From the human T2T-CHM13v2.0 reference genome, Homo sapiens, in NCBI RefSeq assembly GCF_009914755.1, contig NC_060933.1: 64,000 nucleotides of DNA; one strand, 5' to 3'. A program made the position numbers and the translations under genes. The notes under the pieces were generated by a model. The model had not been told where the DNA came from. It did no database searches and saw only the letters and a program-made list of their open reading frames with translations. Shown here one piece after another: positions 42,501-55,150 of this stretch; position 1 is the stretch's first letter; each line of letters begins with the position of its first letter.

Positions 42501-43405
42501 GATTCCATTCCATTGCATTCCATTCCATTCCATTCCATTCCATTCCTTTCCGTTCCATTCCATTTCATTACATTCAGATTGATTCTATTCAATTCCCTTA
42601 CACTCCATTATATTCCATTCCATTCGGGTAGTTTCCATTCCATTCCATTCCTTTCCTCTCTATTCCATTGCACTCGGGTTGATTCCATTCCATTCCATTC
42701 CATTCCATTCCATTCCATTCCATTCCATTCCATTCCATTCCATTGTACTCGGGTTGATTCCATTACATTGCATTCCATTCCATTCCATTCCATTCCATTC
42801 CGTTCCATTCCATTCCATTACATTCGGATTGATTCTATTCAACTCCCTTACTCTCCATTACATTCCATTCCATTCGGGTTGTTCCATTCCATTCCATTCC
42901 ATTCCAATCCATTCCATTGCACTCGGGTTGGTTCCATTCCATTCCATTCCATTCCATTCCATTCCATTCCATTCCATTCGATTCCATTCCATTCGATTCC
43001 ATTCAATTCCAATTCTTTCCATTCCATTCTATTCTGTACCATTCCATTCCATTCCATACAATTCCATTCCATTCCATTCCATTCCATTCCATTCCATTCC
43101 ATTCGGTTCCGTTCCGTTCCGTTCCGTTCCATACCATTCCATTCCATTCTATTCGGGTTAATTCCATTCCATTCCATTCCATTCCATTCCATTCCATTCT
43201 ATTCCATTTCATTGCAATCGAGTTGAATCCATTGCATTCCATTCCATTCCATTCCATTCCATTCCATTCCATTCCATTCCATTCCTTTACATTCCATTAC
43301 GGATGATTCTATTCCATTGCATTACATTCCATTCCATTCCCCTGTACTCGGGTTGATTCCATTCCATTCCATTCCATTCCATTCTAATCCATTCCATTCC
43401 ATTCC

Positions 43406-43420
43406 ATTCCGGAAGATTCC
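43406..43420. promoter_or_regulatory. Canonical heat-shock element match ATTCCGGAAGATTCC (first of 11 copies seen in the right arm)
   Basis: Reverse complement of the left-arm element (nTTCn-nGAAn-nTTCn). Right-arm starts: 43406, 44810, 45674, 48476, 49021, 49874, 50967, 54061, 57365, 60754, 62746. Function is inferred. Confidence 0.55.
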
Positions 43421-46400
43421 ATTCCATTTCATTCCATTCCATTCCATTCCCCTGCACTCACGTTGATTCCTTTCCATTCCATTCCATTCCGTTCCATTCC
43501 GTTCCGTTCCGTTCCATTCCATTCCATTCCATTCCATTCCGTTCCGTTCCGTTCCGTTCCGTTCCGTTCCATTCCATTCCATTCCATTCTATTCGGGTTA
43601 ATTCCATTCCATTCCATTCCATTCCATTCCATTCCATTACAATCGAGTTGATTCGATTCCATTCCATTCCAGTCCATTCCATTCCATTCCACTCCATTCC
43701 AGTCCTTTCCATTCCATTCCACTCGGGTTGATTCCAATGTATTCCTTTCCGTTCCATTCCATTCCATTGCAATCGAGTTGATTCCATTGCTTTGCATTCC
43801 ACTCCATTCCATTCCATTCCGGATGATTGCATTCCATTGCATTCCATTCCATTCCATTCCCCTGCACTCGGGTTGATTCCATTCCATTCCACTCCATTCC
43901 GTTCCATTCCATTCCATTCCATTGTATTCGGGTTAATTCCATTCCATTCCATTCCATTCCATTCCATTCCATTCCATTCCATTACAATCGGGTTGATTCC
44001 ATTCCATTCCATTCCATTCCAGTCCTTTCCATTCCATTCCACTCGGGTTGATTCCATTCTATTAGTTTCCATTCCATTCCATTCCCTTCCATTCCACTCT
44101 GGTTGATTCCATTCCTTTCCATTCCACACGAATACATTCCCTCCTATTCCACTCGGAACCATTCCATTCCATTCCATTCCATTCCATTCCATTCCATTCC
44201 ATTTCGTTCCATTCCATTCTATTCCGTAACATTCCATTCCATTCCGTTCCATTCCATTCCATTCCATTGTACTCGGGTTGATTCAATTCCGTTGCATTCC
44301 ATTCCATTCTATTCCATTCCATTCCGTTGCATTCCATTCCATTACATTCGGATTGATTCTATTCAACTCCCTTACTCTCCATTACATTCCATTCCATTCG
44401 GGTTGTTCCATTCCATTCCATTCCATTCCACTCCATTCCATTGCACTCGGGTTGATTCCATTCCATTCCATTCCATTCCATTCCATTCCATTCCATTCCG
44501 GATGATTCCATTCCATTGCATTCCGTTCCATTACATTCCCCTGCACTCGCGTTGATTCCATTCCATTCCATTCAATTCCATTCCATTACAATTCGTTCCA
44601 TTCCATTCCATTCCATACCATTCCATTCCATTCCATTCCATTCCATTCCATTCCATTCCGTTCCATTCCGTTCCATTCCATTCCATTCCATTCTATTCGA
44701 ATTAATTCCATTCCATTCCATTCAATTCCATTCTATTCCATTCCATTGCAATCGAGTTGAATCCATTGCATTTCATTCCATTCCATTCCATTCCATTCCA
44801 TTCCATTCCATTCCGGAAGATTCCATTCCATTGCATTCCATTCCATTCCATTCCCCTGCACTCGCGTTGATTCCATTCCATTCCATTCCATTCCATTCCA
44901 TTCCATTCCGTTCCGTTCCCTTCCATTCCATTCCATTCCATTCCATTCCATTCCACTCCGTTCCGTTCCATTCCATTCCATTCCATTCTATTCGGGTTAA
45001 TTCCATTCCATTCCATTCGATTGCAATCGAGTTGATTCCATTCCATTCCATTCCATTCCATTCCATTCCATTCCATTCCTTTCCTTTCTATTACGGATGA
45101 TTCCATTTCATTGCATTCCATTCCATTCCATTCCCCTGTACTCGGGTTGATTCCATTCCATTCCTATTCCAATCCATGCCATTCCACTCGTGTTGATTCC
45201 ATTCTTTCCATTCCATTCAAGTTGAATCCATTCCATTGCATTCCATTCCATTCGATTCCATTCGATTGCACTCGGGTTGATTCCATTCCATTGCAATCCA
45301 TTCCATTCCATTCCATTGCATTCCATTCCATTCCATTCAATTCCATTCCATTACATTCGGATTGATTCTATTCAATTCCTTTACACTCCATTACATTCCA
45401 TTCCATTCGGGTAGTTTCCATTCCATTCCATTCCATTCCTCTCCATTCCATTGCACTCGGGTTGATTCCATTCCATTGCATTCCTTTCCATTCCATTCAA
45501 ATCCATTCCGTTCCATTCCATTCCATTACATTCGGATTGATTCTATTCAACTACCTTACTCTCCATTACATTCCATTCCATTCGGGTTGTTCCATTCCAT
45601 TCCATTCCATTCCACTCCATTCCATTGCACTCGGGTTGATTCCATTCCATTCCATTCCATTCCATTCCATTCCATTCCGGAAGATTCCATTCCATTGCAT
45701 TCCATTCCATTCCATTCCCCTGCACTCGCGTTTACTCCATTCCATTCCATTCTATTCCATTCCATTCCCTTCCTTTCCGTTCCATTCCATTCCATTCCAT
45801 TCCGTTCTGTTCCATTCCATTCCATTCCATTCTATTCGGGTTAATTCCATTCCATTCCATTCGATTGCAATCGAGTTGATTCCATTCCATTCCATTCCAT
45901 TCCATTCCATTCCATTCCATTCCATTCCATTCCGGATGATTCCATTCCATTGCATTCCATTCCATTCCATTCCCCTATACTCGGGTTGATTCCATTCCAT
46001 TCCATTCCAATCCATGCCATTCCACTCGTGTTGATTCCATTCTTTCCATTCCATTCAAGTTGAATCCATTCCATTACATTCCATTCCATTCGATTCCATT
46101 CTATTGCACTCGGGTTGATTCCATTCCATTGCATTCCATTCCATTCCATTCCATTCAATTCCGTTCCATTCCATTTCATTACATTGAGATTGATTCTATT
46201 CAATTCCCTTACACTCCATTATATTCCAATCCATTCTGGTTGTCTCCATTCCATTCCATTCCATTTCACTCCATTCCATTGCACTCGGGTTGATTCCATT
46301 CCATTCCATTCCATTGCATTCCATTCCATTCCATTCCGGATGATTCCATTCCATTGCATTCCATTCCATTCCATTCCCCTGCACTCGGGTTGATTCCATT

Positions 46401-49400
46401 CCATTCCATTCCATTACATTCCGTTCCATTCCATTCCATTCCATTCGGATTGATTCTATTCAATTCCCTTACACTCCATTACATTCCATTCCATTCGGGT
46501 AGTTTCCATTCCATTCCATTCCATTCCTATCCATTCCATTGCACTCGGGTTGATTCCATTCCATTCCATTCCATTCCATTCCATTCCATTACATTCCATT
46601 CCATTACATTCCATGCCATTCCATTCCGTTCCATTGTACTCGGGTTGATTCCATTCCATTGCATTCCATTCCATTCCATTCCATTCCATTCCATTCCATT
46701 CCATTCCATTCCATTCCGGATGATTCCATTGCATTGCATTCCGTTCCATTCGATTCCATTCCATTCCAATTCTTTCCATTCCATTCTATTCCGTACCATG
46801 CCATTCCATTCCATACAATTCCATTCCATTCCATTCCACTCCGTTCCGTTCCGTTCCGTTCCGTTCCTTTCCATTCCATTCCATTCTATTCGGGTTAATT
46901 CCATTCCATTCCATTCGATTGCAATCGAGTTGATTCCATTCCATTCCATTCCATTCCATTCCATTCCATTCCATTCCATTCCTTTCCATTCCATTACGGA
47001 TGATTCCATTCCATTGCATTCCATTCCATTCCATTCCCCTGTACTCGGGTTGATTCCATTCCATTCCATTCCAATCCATGCCATTCCACTCGTGTTGATT
47101 CCATTCTTTCCATTCCATTCAAGTTGAATCCATTCCATTGCCTTCCATTCCATTCCATTCCCCTGCAGTCGGGTTGATTCCATTCCATTCCATTCCATTC
47201 CATTCCATTCCGATCCGTTCCATTCCATTCCATTCCATTCTATTCGGGTTAATTCCATTCCATTCCTTTCCATTCCATTCCAATCGATTTGATTCCATTC
47301 CATTCCATTCCATTCCATTCCACTCCATTCCAGTCCTTTCCATTCCATTCCACTAGGGTTGATTCCAATGTATTCCTTTCCATTCCATTCCATTCCATTG
47401 CAATCGAGTTGATTCCATTGCTTTGCATTCCATTCCATTCCATTCCATTGCGGATGATTCCATTCCATTGCATTCCATTCCATTCCATTCCCCTTCACTC
47501 GGGTTGATTCCATTCCATTCTACTCCATTCCGTTCCATTCCATTCCATTCCATTGTATTCGGGTTAATTCCATTCCATTCCATTCCATTGCATTCCATTC
47601 CATTCCATTACAATCGAGTTGATTCCATTCCATTCCATACCATTCCAGTCCTTTCCATTCCATTCCACTCGGGTTGATTCCATTCTATTAGTTTCCATTC
47701 CATTCCCTTCCCTTCCATTCCACTCTGGTTGATACCATTCCTTTCCATTCCACTCGAATACATTCCCTCCTATTCCACTCGGAACGATTCCATTCCATTC
47801 TATTCCATTCCATTCCATTCCATTCCATTCCATTTCGTTCCATTCCATTCTATTCCGTATCATTCCATTCCATTCCATTCCATTCCATTCCATTCCATTC
47901 CATTCCATTCCATTGTACTCGGGTTGATTCAATTCCATTGCATTCCATTCCATTCCATTCCATTCCATTCCGTTGCATTCCATTCCATTACATTCGGATT
48001 GATTCTATTCAACTCCCTTACTCTCCATTACATTCCATTCCATTCGGGTTGTTCCATTCCATTCCATTCCATTCCATTCCACTCCATTCCATTGCACTCG
48101 GGTTGATTCCATTCCATTCTATTCCATTCCATTCCATTCCATTCCATTCCGGATGATTCCATTCCATTGCATTCCGTTCCATTACATTCCCCTGCACTCG
48201 CGTTGATTCCATTCCATTCCATTCCATTCCATTCAATTCCATTCCATTACAATTCGTTCCATTCCATTCTAATCCGTACCATTCCATTCCATTCCATTCC
48301 ATTCCATACCATTCCATTCCATTCCAATCCATTCCATTCCGTTCCATTCCGTTCCATTCCATTCCATTCCATTCTATTCGGATTAATTCCATTCCATTCC
48401 ATTCCATTCCATTCTATTCCATTCCATTGCAATCGAGTTGAATCCATTGCATTTCATTCCATTCCATTCCATTCCATTCCAGAAGATTCCATTCCATTGC
48501 ATTCCATTCCATTCCATTCCCCTGCACTCGCGTTGATTCCATTCCATTCCATTCCATTCCATTCCATTCCGTTCCGTTCCATTCCATTCCATTCCATTCA
48601 ATTCCATTCCGTTCCGTTCCATTCCATGCCATTCCATTCTATTCGGGTTAATTCCATTCCATTCCATTCGATTGCAATCGAGTAGATTCCATTCCATTCC
48701 ATTCCATTCCATTCCATTCCATTCCTTTCCATTCCATTTCGGATGATTCCATTCCATTGCATTCCATTCCATTCGATTCCATTCGATTACACTCGCGTTG
48801 ATTCCATTCCATTGCATTCCATTCCATTCCATTCCATTCCATTCCATTCCGTTCCATTCCATTCCATTACATTCGGATTGATTCTATTCAATTCCCTTAC
48901 ACTCCATTACATTCCATTCCATTCGGGTAGTTTCCATTCCATTCCATTCCATTCCTCTCCATTCCATTGCACTCGGGTTGATTCCATTCAATTCCATTCC
49001 ATTCCATTCCATTCCATTCCATTCCGGAAGATTCCATTCCATTGCATTCCATTCCATTCCATTCCCCTGCACTCGCGTTGATTCCATTCCATTCCATTCT
49101 ATTCCATTCCATTCCCCTCCTTTCCGTTCCATTCCATTCCATTCCATTCCATTCCATTCCATTCCGTTCCATTCCATTCCATTCCATTCCATTCCATTCC
49201 ATTCTATTCGGGTTAATTCCATTCCATTCCATTCGATTGCAATTGAGTTGATTCCATTCCATTCCATTCCATTCCTTTCCTTTCCATTCCATTACGGATG
49301 ATTCCATTCCATTGCATTCCATTCCATTCCATTCCCCTGTATTCAGGTTGATTCCATTCCATTCCATTCCAATCCATGCCATTCCACTCGTGTTGATTCC

Positions 49401-52388
49401 ATTCTTTCCATTCCATTCAAGTTGAATCCATTCCATTTCATTCCATTCCATTCGATTCCATTCGATTGCACTCGGGTTGATTCCATTCCATTGCATTCCA
49501 TTCCATTCCATTCCATTCCATTCCGTTCCATTCCATTCCATTACATTCGGATTGATTCTATTCAATTCCCTTACACTCCATTACATTCCATTCCATTCGG
49601 GTAGTTTCCATTCCATTCCATTCCATTCCTCTCCATTCCATTGAACTCGGGTTGATTCCATTCCATTGCATCCCATTCCATTCCATTCAATTCCATTCCG
49701 TTCCATTCCATTCCATTACATTCAGATTGATTCTATTCAACTCCCTTACTCTCCATTACATTCCATTCCATTCGGGTTGTTCCATTCCATTCCATTCCAT
49801 TCCACTCCATTCCATTGCACTCGGGTTTATTCCATTCCATTCCATTCCATTCCATTCCATTCCATTCCATTCCATTCCGGAAGATTCCATTCCATTGCAT
49901 TCCATTCCATTCCATTCCCCTGCACTCGCTTTGATTCCATTCCATTCCATTCCATTCCATTCCATTCCATTCCATTCCATTCCTTTCCGTTCCATTCCAT
50001 TCCATTCCATTCCATTCCAATCCATTCCATTCCGTTCCGTTCCGTTCCATTCCATTCCATTACATTCTATTCGGGTTAATTCCATTCCATTCCATTCGAT
50101 TGCAATCGAGTTGATTCCATTCCATTCCATTCCGTTCCATTCCATTACGGATGATTCCATTCCATTGCATTCCATTCCATTCCATTCCCCTGTACTCGGG
50201 TTGATTCCATTCCATTCCATTCCAATCCATGCCGTTCCACTCGTGTTGATTCCATTCTTTCCATTCCATTCAAGTTGAATCCATTCCATTGCATTCCATT
50301 CCATTCCATTCCCCTGCAGTCGGGTTGTTTCCATTCCATTCCATTCCATTCCATTCCATTCCATTCCATTCCATTCAATTCCGTTCCGTTGTACTCGGGT
50401 TGATTCCATTCCATTGCATTCCATTCCATTCCATTCCATTCCATTCCATTCCATTCCGTTCCATTCCATTACATTCGGATTGATTCTATTTAACTCCCTT
50501 ACTCTCCATTACATTCCATTCCATTCGGGTTGTTCCATTCCATTCCATTCCGCTCCACTCCATTACATTGCGCTCGGGTTGATTCCATTCCATTCCATTC
50601 CATTCCATTCCATTCCATTACATTACATTCCATTCCGGATGATTCCATTCCATTGCATTCCGTTCCATTACATTCCCCTGCACTCGGGTTGATTCCATTC
50701 CATTCCATTCCATTCCATTCGATACCATTCCATTCCAATTCTTTCCATTCCATTCTATTCCGTACCATTCCATTCCATTCCATACAATTCCATTCCATTC
50801 CATTCCACTCCATTCCGTTCCGTTCCGTTCTGTTCCGTTCCATTCCATTCCATTCCATTCTATTCGGTTTAATTCCATTCCATTCCATTCCATGCCATTC
50901 CATTCTATTCCATTCCATTGCAATCGAGTTGAATCCATTGCATTCCATTCCATTCCATTCCATTCCATTCCGGAAGATTCCATTCCATTGCATTCCATTC
51001 CATTCCATTCCATTCCTTTCCATTCCATTCCATTCCATTCCATTGTACTCGGGTTGATTCCATTCCATTGCATTCCATTCCATTCCATTCCATTCCGTTC
51101 CATTCCATTCGGATTGATTCTTTTCAACTCCCTTACTCTCCATTACATTCCATTCCATTCGGGTTGTTCCATTCCATTCCATTCCATTCCGCTCCATTCC
51201 ATTGCACTCGGGTTGATTCCATTCCATTCCATTCCATTCCATTCCATTCCAGATGATTCCATTCCATTGCATTCCGTTCCATTACATTCCCCTGCACTCG
51301 GGTTGATTCCATTCCATTCCTTTCCATTCCATTCGATTCCATTCCATTCCCCTGCACTCGCGTTGATTCCATTCCATTCCATTCCATTCCATTCCATTCC
51401 ATTCCATTCCATTCCTTACCGTTCCATTCCATTCCATTCCATTCCATTCCATTCCGTTCCGTTCCATTCCATTCCATTCCATTCTATTCGGGTTAATTCC
51501 ATTCCATTCCATTCGATTGCAATCGAGTTGATTCCATTCCATTCCATTCCATTCCATTCCATTCCATTCCAGTCCTTTCCATTCCTTTCCATTCCATTAC
51601 TGATGATTCCATTCCATTGCATTCCATTCCATTCCATTCCCCTGTACTCGGGTTGATTCCATTCCATTCCATTCCAATCCATGCCATTCCACTCGTGTTG
51701 ATTCCATTCTTTCCTTTCCATTCAAGTTGAATCCATTCCATTGCATTCCATTGCATTCGATTCCATTCGATTGCACTCGGGTTGATTCCATTCCATTGCA
51801 TTCCATTCCATTCCATTCCATTCCATTCCATTCCATTCCATTTCATTACATTCAGATTGATTCTTTTCAATTCCCTTAAACTCCATTATATTCCAATCCA
51901 TTCTAGTTGTTTCCATTCCATTCCATTTCACTCCATTCCATTGCACTCGGGTTGATTCCATTCCATTCCATTCCATTGCATTCCATTCCATTCCATTCCG
52001 GATGATTCCATTCCATTGCATTCCGTTCCATTACATTCCCCTGCACTCGCGTTGATTCCATTCCATTCCATTCCATTCCATTCAATTCCATTCCATTACA
52101 ATTCGTTCCATTCCATTCTATTCCGTACCATTCCATTCCATTCCATACCATACCATTCCATTCCATTCCATTCCATTCCATTCCATTCCCCTGCACTCGG
52201 GTTGATTCCATTCCATTCCATTCCATTACATTCCGTTCCATTCCATTCCATTCCATTCGGATTGATTCTATTCAATTCCCTTACACTCCATTACATTCCA
52301 TTCCATTCGGGTAGCTTCCATTCCATTCCATTCCATTCCTCTCCATTCCATTGCACTCGGGTTGATACCATTCCATTCCATTCCATTC

Positions 52389-52420
52389 CATTACATTACA
52401 TTACATTACATTACATTACA
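52389..52420 (-). repeat. (CATTA)6 / (TAATG)6 variant-pentamer expansion
   Basis: Six tandem CATTA units. Homologous sites (42110, ~55177, ~57624) have two. Confidence 0.9.
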
Positions 52421-54829
52421 TTCCGTTCCATTGTACTCGGGTTGATTCCATTCCATTGCATTCCATTCCATTCCGTTCCATTCCATTACATTCGGATTGA
52501 TTCTATTCAACTCCCTTACTCTCCATTACATTGCATTCCATTCGGGTTGTTCCATTCCATTCCATTCCATTCCACTCCATTCCATTGCACTCGGGTTGAT
52601 TCCATTCCATTCCATTCCATTCAATTCCATTCCATTCCATTCCGGATGATTCCATTCCACTGCATTCTGTTCCATTACATTCCCCTGCACTCGGGTTGAT
52701 TCCATTCCATTCCATTCCATTCCATTCGATTCCATTCCATTCCAATTGTTTCCATTCCATTCTATTCCGTACCATGCCATTCCATTCCATACAATTCCAT
52801 TCCATTCCATTCCACTCCGTTCCGTTCCGTTCCGATCCATTCCATTCCATTCCATTCTATTCGGGTTAATTCCATTCCATTCCATTCGATTGCAATCGAG
52901 TTGATTCCATTCCATTCCATACCATTCCATTCCATTCCATTCCTTTCCATTCCATTACGGATGATTCCATTCCATTGCATTCCATTCCATTCCATTCCCC
53001 TGTACTCGGGTTGATTCCATTCCATTCCATTCCAATCCATGCCATTCCACTCGTGTTGATTCCATTCTTTCCATTCCATTCAAGTTGAATCCATTCCATT
53101 GCATTCCATTCCATTCCATTCCCCTGCAGTCGGGTTGATTCCATTCCATTCCATTCCATTCCATTCCATTCCATTCCATTCCGTTCCGTTCCGTTCCGTT
53201 CCATTCCATTCCATTCCATTCTATTCGGGTTAATTCCATTCCATTCCATTCCATTCCATTCCATTCCATTCCAATCGAGTTGATTCCATTCCATTCCATT
53301 CCATTCCATTCCACTCCATTCCAGACCTTTCCATTCCATTCCACTCGGGTTGATTCCAATGTATTCCTTTCCATTCCATTCCATTCCATTGCAATCGAGT
53401 TGATTCCATTGCTTTGCATTCCATTCCATTCCATTCCATTCCGGATGATTCCATTCCATTGCATTCCATTCCATTCCATTCCCCTGCACTCGGGGTGATT
53501 CCATTCCATTCCACTCCCTTCCGTTCCATTCCATTCCATTCCATTGTATTCGGGTTAATTCCATTCCATTCCATTCCATTCCATTCCATTCCATTCCAGT
53601 ACAATCGAGTTGATTCCATTCCATTCCATTCCATTCCAGTCCTTTCCATTCCATTCCACTCGTGTTGATTCCATTCTATTAGTTTCCATTCCATTCCATT
53701 CCCTTCCTTTCCACTCTGGTTGATTCCTTTCCTTTCCATTCCACTCGAAAACATCCCTCCTATTCCACTCGGAACGATTCCATTCCATTCCATTCCATTC
53801 CATTCCATTCCATTCCATTCCTCTCCTTTCCATTGCACTCGGGTTGATTCCATTCCATTGCATTCCACTCCATTCCATTCAATTCCATTCCGTTCCATTC
53901 CATTCCATTTCATTCGGATTGATTCTATTCAACTCCCTTACTCTCCATTACATTCCATTCCATTCGGGTTGTTCCATTCCATTCCATTCCATTCCACTCC
54001 ATTCCATTGCACTCGGGTTGATTCCATTCCATTCCATTCCATTCCATTCCATTCCATTCCATTCCGGAAGATTCCATTCCATTGCATTCCATTCCATTCC
54101 ATTCCCCTGCACTCGCGTTGATTCCATTCCATTCCATTCTATTCCATTCCATTCCCTTCCTTTCCGTTCCATTCCATTCCATTCCATTCCATTCCATTCC
54201 ATTCCGTTCCGTTCCGTTCCATTCCATTCCATTCCATTCTATTCGGTTAATTCCATTCCATTCCATTCGATTGCAATCGAGTTGATTCCATTCCATTCCA
54301 TTCCATTCCATTCCATTCCATTCCTTTCCATTCCATTACGGATGATTCCATTCCATTGCATTCCATTCCATTCCATTCCCCTGTACTCGGGTTGATTCCA
54401 TTCCATTCCATTCCAATCCATGCCATTCCACTCGTGTTGATTCCATTCTTTCCATTCCATTCAAGTTGAATCCATTCCATTGCATTTCATTCCATTCGAT
54501 TCCATTCGATTGCACTCGGGTTGATTCCATTCCATTGCATTCCATTCCATTCCATTCCATTCCATACCATTCCGTTCCGTTCCATTAAATTTCATTACAT
54601 TCAGATTTATTCTATTGAATTCCCTTACACTCCATTATATTCCAATCCATTCTGGTTGTTTCCATTCCATTCCATTCCATTTCACTCCATTCCATTGCAC
54701 TCGGGTTGATTCCATTCCATTCCATTCCATTGCATTCCATTCCATTCCATTCCGGATGATTCCTTTCCATTGCATTCCATTCCAATCCATTCCCCTGCAC
54801 TCGGGTTGACTCCATTCCATTCCATTCCA

Positions 54830-55150
54830 TTACATTCCGTTCCATTCCATTCCATTCCATTCGGATTGATTCTATTCAATTCCCTTACACTCCATTCCAT
54901 TCCATTCCATTCGGGTAGTTTCCATTCCATTCCATTCCATTCCTCTCCATTCCATTGCACTCGGGTTGATTCCATTCCATTCCATTCCATTCCATTCCAT
55001 TCCATTCCATTACATTCCGTTCCATTCCATTCCATTCCATTCGGATTGATTCTATTCAATTCCCTTACACTCCATTACATTCCATTCCATTCGGGTAGTT
55101 TCCATTCCATTCCATTCCATTCCTCTCTATTCCATTGCACTCGGGTTGAT
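54830..55150 (-). repeat. Local tandem duplication, 180-bp unit
   Basis: TCGGATTGATTCTATTCAATTCCCTTACAC occurs at 54861 and 55041, and TCGGGTAGTTTCC at 54911 and 55091. Confidence 0.8.

Noticed and set aside
42400-42600. Possible transposon insertion or target-site duplication at the inversion junction
   Set aside because: All bases on both sides parse as satellite modules. There is no Alu, L1 or LTR sequence, poly(A) tail or direct-repeat flank.
42313-43226. Chimeric ORFs crossing the junction (MEWNG repeats turning into IPFHS repeats)
   Set aside because: A by-product of the strand switch. They are useful only as a marker of the breakpoint, not evidence of a gene.
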